Of a DNA stretch of 64,000 nt, positions 47,140 to 55,745 are shown piece after piece. The notes beneath the pieces are model-generated. The model was not told the origin of the DNA and did no database searches. It saw only the letters and a program-made list of their open reading frames with translations. The translations under genes were made by a program, and so were the position numbers. This stretch comes from Candidatus Bathyarchaeota archaeon (lineage in GTDB: Archaea; Thermoproteota; Bathyarchaeia; 40CM-2-53-6), in assembly GCA_963706285.1 (NCBI GenBank), contig CAVPLU010000008.1, positions 8,435-72,434 of the forward strand, in the 5' to 3' direction. The stretch's first letter is position 1. Each line of letters starts with the position of its first letter.

Positions 47140-47898
47140 TTGGCAGCCAAGGTTCACATCGGCACAATGGGCTGGAGCTACAACTTCTGGACGAGTGGAT
47201 TCTATCCAACAGACCTAGCGCCGGAGAACTTTCTTTCCGAATATGCGAAACACTTCGACACGGTCGAGGTAGACAACACGTTCTACAGGATCCCCAGCAA
47301 AGAGACAGTGGAGAAATGGAGAGATCAGACCCCGCCAAATTTCTTGTTCTCAGCGAAATTTCCCAGACGCATAACTCACGAAAAAATGCTAAAGGACTGC
47401 GAAGAAGTCGTGAAGGTGTTCCTTGATCGAATATCCTGTCTGCAAGACAAGCTTGGCCCCTTGCTGCTTCAATTCCCCTACGCATTCAAGCCCGAGCACG
47501 TCGAGCTCCTAAGAGATCTACTAGCTAGACTACCCAGGGCGCATCGCTACGTCGTAGAGGTCAGAAACAAGAAGCTGCTGCAGGAAGAATTCTACTCCTT
47601 ACTCAAAGAAAACAAAACGGCCTTAGCCCTCGTGGAACAGCCTTTCATGCCCACCATTGAAGTCATGGCTTCTGACTTCACCTACATCCGCTTGGAAGGC
47701 GACAGGAGAAGAGTGACGGGGACTCTGGGCAAGGTGGAGATCGACAAGAGTGACGGCATTAGAGGTTGGGCGGAAAGGATCAAGAAATATTTGGATCTCT
47801 CAATGGAGGTGTTCGTGTACTTCAGCAAATACTACTCAGGCTACCCTCCCGAAGATGCGGCGCAACTCGTCAAGCTGCTGAGTCAAGTAGAAACCTAA
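47140..47898 (+). CDS. DUF72 (YecE/UPF0759) TIM-barrel protein
   Basis: IGTMGWSYNFWTSGFYP...YAKHFDTVEVDNTFYR, a typical DUF72 N-terminus. TTG 47140 lies 1 nt after the ligD stop. Confidence 0.85.
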   Translation: MAAKVHIGTMGWSYNFWTSGFYPTDLAPENFLSEYAKHFDTVEVDNTFYRIPSKETVEKWRDQTPPNFLFSAKFPRRITHEKMLKDCEEVVKVFLDRISCLQDKLGPLLLQFPYAFKPEHVELLRDLLARLPRAHRYVVEVRNKKLLQEEFYSLLKENKTALALVEQPFMPTIEVMASDFTYIRLEGDRRRVTGTLGKVEIDKSDGIRGWAERIKKYLDLSMEVFVYFSKYYSGYPPEDAAQLVKLLSQVET

Positions 47899-48129
47899 GG
47901 TTCCAAAGCCGGCAGTCGAAGCCGAATCAATTCGCGCGGTCGTATCTCCTCCCACACCGTTCGGGGCAGACAATTATCTAGCTAGCGAGACTCCACCCAT
48001 TCCAGTATGAGTTGCATTCGACCGATCGCATTGTGATGATGCTCGTCTCTGCTATGTCAGTAAGGTGACTAACCCATGCCTTGGAAAGTCTTATCTGCAG
48101 AGTAAAGGAAACGCTCGCGAGGCCGGATT

Positions 48130-49377
48130 ATGCTTCATTTGAAACCGAGTAGAATGAAGAGGTTGTTTCTCACACTTGTCTTGGCGTTTGTCATATCTAC
48201 AGGTGCAAGTTCCGCGGCGGTGTCAATGCAGCCTGCATGGGCTGACTTTCCGGGGGATAATGGTAAGATCGTTTTCCACAGCACCCGCGCTGGCAACTAT
48301 GACATCTATACGATGAATACTGATGGCTCAGGAACAGTCAGACTAACAGATAACCCAAAAGATGACTATGACGCTGCGTACTCTTCGGACGGGAAGAAGA
48401 TAGCGTTCACAAGTACCCGAGACAATCCGAAAGGCCAGATCTACGTCATGAATGCTGACGGCTCAGGGGTAAACCGGCTGACGAACAACGCAGCAAGCGA
48501 TGGTTACGCCGTCTGGTCTCCTGACGGATCACGGCTCGCCTTTGAGAGTAACCGAACCGGCAACTTTGAGGTCTACGTCATGAATGCTGATGGTTCAGGG
48601 CAGATCAACCTGACGAATAATCCAGCGATCGATGGCTCCCCCGCTTGGTCTCCTGACGGCCAGAAGATAGCTTTCCACACGAATAGAGATGGCAACTGGC
48701 AGATCTACGCTATGAATGCTGATGGTTCAGGCCAGATCAACCTTACGAAGAAGTCGTCAAATGATCTCGACCCCAATTGGTCTCCAGACGGGTCAAGGTT
48801 AGTGTTCGGTAGCGGTAGGGATGGGAACTGGGAGATCTACGCTATGAATGCCGATGGTTCAAACCAAACGAGACTCACAGGCAATCCTGCATATGATAGG
48901 TGGCCAGCTTGGTCTCCTGACGGCCAGAAGATAGCTTTCCAAACGAATAGGGATAGTAACGATTGGGAGATCTATGTGATGAACGCTGCAGATGGTGCAG
49001 TGGTAAACAGGCTGACTAACTGGACGGGAGCCGACGGGAACCCGGCCTGGCAGCCACTCCCGACCTCCACTACAACCACTGCCACTACCAGTACCGAAGA
49101 GCAGGGGGACTACGTGAGTAGAGGCGAATTGTTCCTGTATTTGGGGATTCTGACAGCAGCATTTCTGGCAATAGCGCTCATAGGCAGAAGGGGAAGCCGT
49201 AGGCCCGCTCCGACACCCTCGATATTTCCAGCTGCTGCGCCCGTCACACCGACAGCCGCTCCTTACACGGTTTCGCAACCGTCGACCACAACCAAACACT
49301 GCAGCCAGTGTGGCTCAGAAATACCTGAAACAGCGAAATTCTGCACAATATGTGGCGCATCCCAACCCAGGAAATGA
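48130..49377 (+). CDS. Secreted/membrane-anchored PD40 (TolB-like) beta-propeller repeat protein with C-terminal TM helix and cytoplasmic Zn-ribbon
   Basis: Order of elements: signal peptide, about six repeats of SPDG..IAF.S.RDGN.EIY.MNADGSG...LT, a Thr-rich linker, TM LFLYLGILTAAFLAIALIG, and then CSQCGSEIPETAKFCTICG. Confidence 0.8.
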   Translation: MLHLKPSRMKRLFLTLVLAFVISTGASSAAVSMQPAWADFPGDNGKIVFHSTRAGNYDIYTMNTDGSGTVRLTDNPKDDYDAAYSSDGKKIAFTSTRDNPKGQIYVMNADGSGVNRLTNNAASDGYAVWSPDGSRLAFESNRTGNFEVYVMNADGSGQINLTNNPAIDGSPAWSPDGQKIAFHTNRDGNWQIYAMNADGSGQINLTKKSSNDLDPNWSPDGSRLVFGSGRDGNWEIYAMNADGSNQTRLTGNPAYDRWPAWSPDGQKIAFQTNRDSNDWEIYVMNAADGAVVNRLTNWTGADGNPAWQPLPTSTTTTATTSTEEQGDYVSRGELFLYLGILTAAFLAIALIGRRGSRRPAPTPSIFPAAAPVTPTAAPYTVSQPSTTTKHCSQCGSEIPETAKFCTICGASQPRK

Positions 49378-49408
49378 TATCGAAGGATGTCGCTAGTTCG
49401 GTGATGCG

Positions 49409-50350
49409 TTAGGTTAGGAACAGGATTGAGACTCCAACTACAGCCATGACTGCGCCTATTATTCCTCGCAGACTAGTCCTTTGCTTGTATAGTACCCATA
49501 CCACTGGAATTATGAAGATTGGCATCAAGGACAATAGGGTCTGAGCGACGCCGGCATCAGTGTAGGTTACCGCGACCATAGACAATGTCACACCCATAAA
49601 AGGTCCAATGAATGCACCAGCAGCAGTGCGGCTGATTCCTTCTTTGTTGTTTACTGCATTGCGAAGTTCAGGCAGTTTCCTTGCAGCTGCTGCCACAATC
49701 CACACAGATAATGCTCCAAGAATCATTCGCATCAAGGTTGCAGATAGTGGATTCAGCGCTATTCCTGGATTTGCGTAGATTCCCTTTTTTGCTAGAACCA
49801 AGCCTAGTCCCTGACCAATCGCTCCAATTAACGCAAGCAAGAGACCGTAGTTTCTTTGCTTCTTTGAAACGAGTTCTTCTCCAGAGCACTCTTCCTCTTC
49901 TAGTATGACGATGACGACACCGCCTAGAGTCACGGCTATTCCAATTACGGCCAACGTCGGGATTATCTCTCCCAACATCAGGTAAGCAGCTACGGACGCG
50001 AATATTGGAGACAAAGCCATCAGAAGAACTGAACGCCGGGGTCCAATCTCAACAAGCGCACCGAAGTATCCAAAATCACCTATGCATAGCCCAACAACCC
50101 CGCTCATTCCCATCCAGAACCACTGCTGATTGTTCGCCATGGGCAATATGGTTCCTAGGAGAATGATATGCGAAACCGCAAGGAAGCCCACCGCCATGAT
50201 CAAACGATAAGCGTTGACACTGAGTGAACCAATCCTCTTTCCAGCTGAAGCGAAGAACAAGGAGTTGACTGTCCAAAGGAATGAAGTAGCTACTGCGGCG
50301 ATCTCTCCAACAATGTTAGGGTCCAAATCATTCACTGCGCTCGTGTTCAA
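49409..50350 (-). CDS. EamA/DMT-family transporter
   Basis: 313 aa, about 10 TM, with a duplicated EamA architecture. Confidence 0.83.
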   Translation of the reverse strand: MNTSAVNDLDPNIVGEIAAVATSFLWTVNSLFFASAGKRIGSLSVNAYRLIMAVGFLAVSHIILLGTILPMANNQQWFWMGMSGVVGLCIGDFGYFGALVEIGPRRSVLLMALSPIFASVAAYLMLGEIIPTLAVIGIAVTLGGVVIVILEEEECSGEELVSKKQRNYGLLLALIGAIGQGLGLVLAKKGIYANPGIALNPLSATLMRMILGALSVWIVAAAARKLPELRNAVNNKEGISRTAAGAFIGPFMGVTLSMVAVTYTDAGVAQTLLSLMPIFIIPVVWVLYKQRTSLRGIIGAVMAVVGVSILFLT

Positions 50351-50633
50351 TACGTGTAGCTAGGGAAACGCAGGGGTCCTTTTCGTCTTTGGTCTGCAAG
50401 CCTCATGGTGCGCCCTGCCAGAAGGAGGCATGGAGCAGCGGGAGAAAAATAAAAGATCATGGGTTCGGCAACTATGAATTCGATATCAATAGTGCTCTAG
50501 TGTTAGGAAGAAGCCCTTTCGCTTCATCCGCGCCGTCGTTCCGGTTCAAGTGAAGGTTGCCGGTGACGTGAATCAAGACTAGTGAAGTCGTTCCAGCAAG
50601 ATTATCAGAGACACTGTGGTCCAGGTCGTTCAG

Positions 50634-50984
50634 ATGTTTCCGATGAACTTCTCAAAGGTGAACGTTGAAGCGAAAGAGGATGCACCGGTTCAAGAAGAGG
50701 GAGCAGTGGGCGTCAAGATCAAGTGGCTACTTGACAAGTCGGTGGGGGCTCCAACCTTTGCTATGAGACATTTCTCTATCCAGCCCGGAGGACATACGCC
50801 GCTTCATAGTCACGACTGGGAACATGAGGTCTACGTTCTAGAAGGTGAAGGTTTTGTGAGGCATGAGGACAAGGAATATCCAATTCGACCTGGAGACGCC
50901 ATCTTTGTACCTCCGAACCAAGTACATCAGTTTCGCAGCACCGAGCTCAGCCATCTGAGGTTCCTATGTATGGTCCCGCTGTAA
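50634..50984 (+). CDS. Cupin-domain protein
   Basis: GGHTPLHSHDWEHEVYVLEG...GDAIFVPPNQVHQF, the two cupin motifs. Confidence 0.75.
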   Translation: MFPMNFSKVNVEAKEDAPVQEEGAVGVKIKWLLDKSVGAPTFAMRHFSIQPGGHTPLHSHDWEHEVYVLEGEGFVRHEDKEYPIRPGDAIFVPPNQVHQFRSTELSHLRFLCMVPL

Positions 50985-51063
50985 TCTTGCAGTATTGCTG
51001 TTCTATTGCATGAGTCATAGGAGCAAAGTCAACAAGTTTGTTCTTCTCGAAACCTATTGGGCC

Positions 51064-51747
51064 TCATTTGCTCGTGCAGGTGATTCTTGTTACGTACTTC
51101 ACCCAGTCCAAGCCAGGTCTTGTAGGTGCGACGAGTCTTGCGGGATATCCGTGTTCTACGGTCAATGGGAAATCTTCCGGCTTTCAGCGCAATAATGTTA
51201 TCCGCGTTTGCCACCTCATCCGAATTGAGCGTCATCTCGTATCCTGTGATGCTCTTGATTGTGACGTTAGCTAGGTTCTCGAGGGACACTCCCGCTTGGT
51301 TCAGAAGATAGATGAGCGGTATGCCTTCCCAGAGAACGTCGGCTGCCCACCCTGTTACGCATTGGATCTCTCAGAGTCTTCTGGACACTAGGCATAGCCT
51401 GCAAATCTTCTAAGGTGAATTCCAGCGACTTCGATACGTCTCCATCGATGGTCAGTCTGTAGTCGTTCGAGTCTATCGTGGTCGGTTCGATCTCCGTTCC
51501 ACGTCACTGGGAAACTGAAAGCCTCAGTTGTCGATGTAATTGGAGGAACTGTCGATATTGTCGATGTAGTCTGGGGTGCTGTTGAGATTGTCGATGTAGC
51601 CTGCGATGCGTTGATTGTCGTTGCTGTAGTCTGAGATGCAATAGGTACCTCTCCTGTCGTTTGTTCAAAAAACCACCATGACCCAGTCACAATAGCCACA
51701 GCCGCCAGGGGAATTAGCTTGACGAATTCTCTTCTTTCAAGTTTCAT
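51064..51747 (-). pseudogene. Tat-exported molybdopterin-binding (SUOX-fold, MsrP/YedY-like) oxidoreductase domain protein with three +1 frame breaks
   Basis: Four frames (0,2,1,0) read: MKLERREFVKL (RR signal), a Thr/Ser linker, ...PVTWN | EIEPTTIDSNDYRLTIDGDVSKSLEFTLEDLQAMPSVQKTL | (E/R)IQCVTGWAADVLWEGIPLIYLLNQAG...ALKA | [32 protein letters not shown]. The stop is at 51064. Confidence 0.75.
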
Positions 51748-52090
51748 GAGTCACACCAGCTCGCATTATGCGTGCCCAATCGCTGTTCGGAGAACAAATC
51801 GTGTAGCTATGAAGGTTGAGCCTCTCAACTTGCACGTCTCTACGATTCTGTTTTGCTTTCTCGGAGACTCAGTTGGCAGATGTTTCCATTACACGAAGAA
51901 CGGGAAACGTGGTTGCTTGTCTTCTCAGACTAGTACATACTACGAATAGTGGTGGTCTCAGCATTCTGGTAGCCATTCCCATCGTCAAACGTGACCTGAG
52001 CTGGCTCTTGGCCATTGTCAGGATTCTAAGTTGGTGCGTCGTCTTGAGCGTTTCATCCTTTCTATTTCGCAGTCGACGTAGCAGCGTTTC

Positions 52091-53059
52091 TCATCTGTTG
52101 GCATATTTGGTTGGAACGCATTTTCGAGATCTTGTATCAACACGAAACAGAGTCTTAACATTGAACCCGGTTGCTTTCCTCACATTTCTGACGCCTTGGT
52201 ATTCCGGTTTCTCGAGAACACAGAATACGTCTGAGATGTTGACATCTCGTTCCTTCAGCAGGGACACGAGAGGAGCAAGGGTTCCTCCAGTTGATATGGC
52301 ATCATCAATGAGGAGAATCTTGTCTCCCTTTGAAACGCCGTAGACCCAGTAGGTTCCGTGCTCGAATCCGGATGCGTAACTTGTTTTCGCAAGAAGTTTT
52401 GACGAGTCATGGAGGTTTCTCTTTCTGACAACTGCGAGCGGTTTGCCCTTGAGACTCGCGACCAGCTGAGCAATCGGAAGCCCAAACGATTCTGCCGTCA
52501 GAACTTTGTCTATGTCGTTCGGCGTTTGTTGGTGAATCATGTTTGCGATCCATTCCGACCAGAGAGGATTCGGCGGCGGAATGTTCTCGGTCAACGGGTT
52601 CACTATGTATCTGTACACTCGTCTTGAGCCTCCTCTATGCCACTTCAGTTCGACGACCTTGCTTTGCGAATAAGCTTCAACAATTTGCGTGATCATAGTT
52701 CTATCAAATTTCTTTTTCGTAGCGGCCGATTCTTGGAGTGGGCGATGGAAGCATGTTCGTGTTCCTAGGTGACAAGCGGGGCCTGTCTGATCGACCAAGT
52801 ACAGCAGAGTGTCTGCGTCACAGTCTACGAGAATCTCGATGATTCTCTGCACATTCCCGGATGTCTGCCCTTTCTTCCACAACTCCTGTCGCGATCTGCT
52901 CCAGTAGTGCGCGAAACCGGTTCTCACGGTCTCGTTGAGGGCTTTGGCATTCGCGTAGGCGACCATCAGAACTTCGCGTGTTGCATAGTCCTGCACCACA
53001 ACCGGGATAAGTCTCTGTTTCTCGAAAACCGTCTTGTATGCCAGTTGATCTATCTTCAA
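52091..53059 (-). CDS. hisI: Phosphoribosyl-AMP cyclohydrolase fused to a type I phosphoribosyltransferase (APRT-like) domain
   Basis: The N-domain has IPVVVQD...WSRSR..LW.KG.TSG and [25 protein letters not shown]. The C-domain has [10 protein letters not shown]...AVVRK and the PRPP loop [16 protein letters not shown] 53059 overlaps the hisF TGA. Confidence 0.85.
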   Translation of the reverse strand: MKIDQLAYKTVFEKQRLIPVVVQDYATREVLMVAYANAKALNETVRTGFAHYWSRSRQELWKKGQTSGNVQRIIEILVDCDADTLLYLVDQTGPACHLGTRTCFHRPLQESAATKKKFDRTMITQIVEAYSQSKVVELKWHRGGSRRVYRYIVNPLTENIPPPNPLWSEWIANMIHQQTPNDIDKVLTAESFGLPIAQLVASLKGKPLAVVRKRNLHDSSKLLAKTSYASGFEHGTYWVYGVSKGDKILLIDDAISTGGTLAPLVSLLKERDVNISDVFCVLEKPEYQGVRNVRKATGFNVKTLFRVDTRSRKCVPTKYANR

Positions 53060-53826
53060 AGTCTCATCTCGACTCCGTTCTGCTTTAGGTAGTTCTTCAC
53101 AGTGGGGATCGTGAAGGTTCCGTAGTGGAAGATAGACGCAGCCAGCGCTGCATCTGCGGACGTTTGATTGAACACTGCGAGGAAATGCTCCAGCATGCCG
53201 CATCCACCGCTGGCGATCACCGGCACCCTAACAGATGAACAGACCGCGTTCGTAAGCGGAAGGTCGAAGCCATCCAAGGTTCCATCGCGATCAATCGAGG
53301 TAAGCAGTATCTCGCCTGCGCCTGCTTGTTCGCATCGACGCGCCCATTCCAGCGCGTCCAGCTGAGTTTTGGTTCTAGCGCCGTAAGTTTGAACTTGGAA
53401 CCACTCCTTCCCGTCACGGAGAACCCGGGTCGCATCTATGGCAACTACAACGCATTGTTGTCCGAAGATGTCAGCGATCTCAGTGATAAGCGAAGGTTTC
53501 TCAACGGCGGCGGTGTTCACAGCCACCTTATCTGCTCCTGAGCATAGAATCTCTCTCACGTCATCCAGATCTCGAATACCGCCGCCTACTGTGAATGGTA
53601 TGTCTAGCACGCGTGCGGCGTCCTTGACTAGGTTGATGCGGATCTCCCTCTTTTCAACGGACGCCGTTATGTCCAAGAAGACAAGTTCGTCGGCTCCTTG
53701 GTCGCGGTAGAGGGAGGCAAGCTCAACTGGGTCGCCTGCATCCCTTAGGTCAACGAAATGTTTCCCCTTCACGACGCGTCCATCTCTAACGTCGAGACAT
53801 GGAATGATGCGTTTCGCCAGAGGCAT
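53056..53826 (-). CDS. hisF: Imidazole glycerol phosphate synthase cyclase subunit
   Basis: [17 protein letters not shown] and [11 protein letters not shown]. 256 aa. Confidence 0.95.
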   Translation of the reverse strand: MPLAKRIIPCLDVRDGRVVKGKHFVDLRDAGDPVELASLYRDQGADELVFLDITASVEKREIRINLVKDAARVLDIPFTVGGGIRDLDDVREILCSGADKVAVNTAAVEKPSLITEIADIFGQQCVVVAIDATRVLRDGKEWFQVQTYGARTKTQLDALEWARRCEQAGAGEILLTSIDRDGTLDGFDLPLTNAVCSSVRVPVIASGGCGMLEHFLAVFNQTSADAALAASIFHYGTFTIPTVKNYLKQNGVEMRL

Positions 53827-53830
53827 GCGG

Positions 53831-54550
53831 CTAGCCAGCTCCTGCTTTGACCGCGTCTGAAATCGGCAGAGTCCCTTCCAGGATGGCCTTGCCTACTATG
53901 ACGGCGTAGGCTCCGGCATCTCTCAGCGCACCTATGTCGGTCGTGGATCTTACGCCGCCGCTCGCGAAAATCCTTGCCGCGTCATATCGTTGGCAGACTT
54001 GTCTGATCGTATCAACATCAGTCCCATCCATCATGCCATCTCGTTCTACGCAAGTGAGGAGGAAGCTGGACACATTCGCATGCATGAGATGTTGCAGGGC
54101 TTGATCCAGTTTGATGCCTGAGAGTTGTCGCCAACCATCGATGAGTACATCTTCACCGCGATAGTCAAGTGCGACGACAATCCTCGGCAGCGTAACGATT
54201 TCTACGATGTGATTGAATGTGGTTTCATCCGTTAAGGCAACTGTCCCGACTACAAGTGCGTCCGCCTCAGCTTCGATCAGTTCGCGTGCAATCGTCGCGG
54301 TTCGTATGCCGCCTCCAACTTGAATTGGCATTTCTGTCGATCGGGCGATCTGTCTGATTGCGTCGAGGTTGTTTCCTTGGCCGAAAGCTCCGTCTAGGTC
54401 TACAACATGAATTCCGTCTATTCCGGTTCCTGACCAAGACCGAGCTAAAGCAGCGGGATCGGTTGAGTAGATCTTAGCATCACTCGCTCGGCCTTTTGTT
54501 AGTCTGACAACCTTTCCTCCCATAAGGTCGATTGCAGGGTACACTCTCAT
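53831..54550 (-). CDS. hisA: ProFAR isomerase
   Basis: MRVYPAIDLMGGKVVRL and VGGGIRT. 239 aa. Confidence 0.92.
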   Translation of the reverse strand: MRVYPAIDLMGGKVVRLTKGRASDAKIYSTDPAALARSWSGTGIDGIHVVDLDGAFGQGNNLDAIRQIARSTEMPIQVGGGIRTATIARELIEAEADALVVGTVALTDETTFNHIVEIVTLPRIVVALDYRGEDVLIDGWRQLSGIKLDQALQHLMHANVSSFLLTCVERDGMMDGTDVDTIRQVCQRYDAARIFASGGVRSTTDIGALRDAGAYAVIVGKAILEGTLPISDAVKAGAG

Positions 54551-54557
54551 CGTTAGG

Positions 54558-55157
54558 TTACCTTCTCAGGATCTTCGCAAAGTTGCGAAGCAACATCGCG
54601 CCCACTTTCCCAGATTTCTCCGGGTGGAACTGAGTACCAATCAGGTTCCCGGACTCGATGACCGACGGAAACGTTACTCCGTAGTCTGTTTTTGCTACAA
54701 CTATCGATTCATCCGTGCGCGGGTAGTACGAATGGACGAAGTAGCACCAGGAGCCTTCATTCACTCCTTCAAGGATCACATTAGGCTTGATGAATTCCAG
54801 TTGGTTCCATCCCATGTGCGGTATCTTCACTGAATCCGGCAGCCGCACAACCTCACCTTTGATTAGGCTCAACCCGTCGGACGGCCCCTCCTCGCTTGAG
54901 TCGAGAATCAGCTGCATGCCGAGGCAGATCCCGAGGACGGGTCGTCCTTGCGCTGCAATTTCAGAGATTCGATTCCGATACGGTCTCAGTCTCATCATTG
55001 CAGGTTTGAAGTTGCCAACACCCGGCAGAACTAGGCCGTCAAATTCAGAGCTTTCTGGGATTTCGTCAACGACTTTGGCGTCGAGCCCTTGGCGTCTTAG
55101 GGCTAGGGCTATGTTGAACAGGTTTCCAGCACCGTAGTCGAAGACTGCGACGCTCAA
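54558..55157 (-). CDS. hisH: Imidazole glycerol phosphate synthase glutaminase subunit
   Basis: VAVFDYGAGNLFN, GICLGMQL and QFHPEKS. TTG start abuts the hisB stop. Confidence 0.94.
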   Translation of the reverse strand: MSVAVFDYGAGNLFNIALALRRQGLDAKVVDEIPESSEFDGLVLPGVGNFKPAMMRLRPYRNRISEIAAQGRPVLGICLGMQLILDSSEEGPSDGLSLIKGEVVRLPDSVKIPHMGWNQLEFIKPNVILEGVNEGSWCYFVHSYYPRTDESIVVAKTDYGVTFPSVIESGNLIGTQFHPEKSGKVGAMLLRNFAKILRR

Positions 55158-55745
55158 CTACACTGCTCCCTTTGAGCTTGCAGGCCCGCTTTGACGCGGG
55201 TCGATCGTGCATGCTTGTCTGAGGGAAAGGGCAAGCGCCTTGAACGCCGCCTCGACATTGTGGTGGTCGTTCTCGCCGTACTGGACTCTGATATGCAGGC
55301 TGGCTTTGAGCGATGTCGCGAACGATTGGATGAAGTGGGCTATGTCCTCGTTCTTCAGTCCCTCGATCGCTGCGTTCGCGATCTTCAACTCAACAGATGA
55401 ATACGGACGACGCGCCAAGTCCACGGACGCGAGAGCTAATGCATCATCCATTGGCACCAAAGCCCAGCCAAAGCGTGTAATCCCGTTTCTTTCGCCGAGC
55501 GCCTTGGATATGGTTTCTCCAAGCGTGATCGCCGTATCCTCCACGATGTGGTGTGAGAGATCGCCGGAAGCCTCGACTTGGATATCCACAAGACTGTGAG
55601 TTGCAAGTGTAACGAGAAGATGATCGAGGAACGGGATCGTAGTCCTAACCTGTGCCTTTCCAGTTCCGTCAATTTCGACCTTTGCGTCCACTTTGGTCTC
55701 TCTTGTGGTTCTCACCAGACTTCCTGTTCGAGACAAATCAATCAC
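55158..55745 (-). CDS. hisB: Imidazoleglycerol-phosphate dehydratase
   Basis: RTTRETKV...DHHIVEDTAI...GENDHHNVEA. GTG start overlaps the upstream TGA (GTGA). Confidence 0.94.
   Translation of the reverse strand: MIDLSRTGSLVRTTRETKVDAKVEIDGTGKAQVRTTIPFLDHLLVTLATHSLVDIQVEASGDLSHHIVEDTAITLGETISKALGERNGITRFGWALVPMDDALALASVDLARRPYSSVELKIANAAIEGLKNEDIAHFIQSFATSLKASLHIRVQYGENDHHNVEAAFKALALSLRQACTIDPRQSGPASSKGAV

Noticed and set aside
47948-47958. cctcccacacc lies 50 nt after the DUF72 stop and resembles the tRNA-Leu 3' end cctcccgcacc (41836-41846). It could be an attR bounding a tRNA-integrated island.
   Set aside because: Only 10 of 11 bases match and the similarity does not extend. My rough estimate is that about one such hit is expected by chance in 2 x 64 kb. 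No integrase is present.
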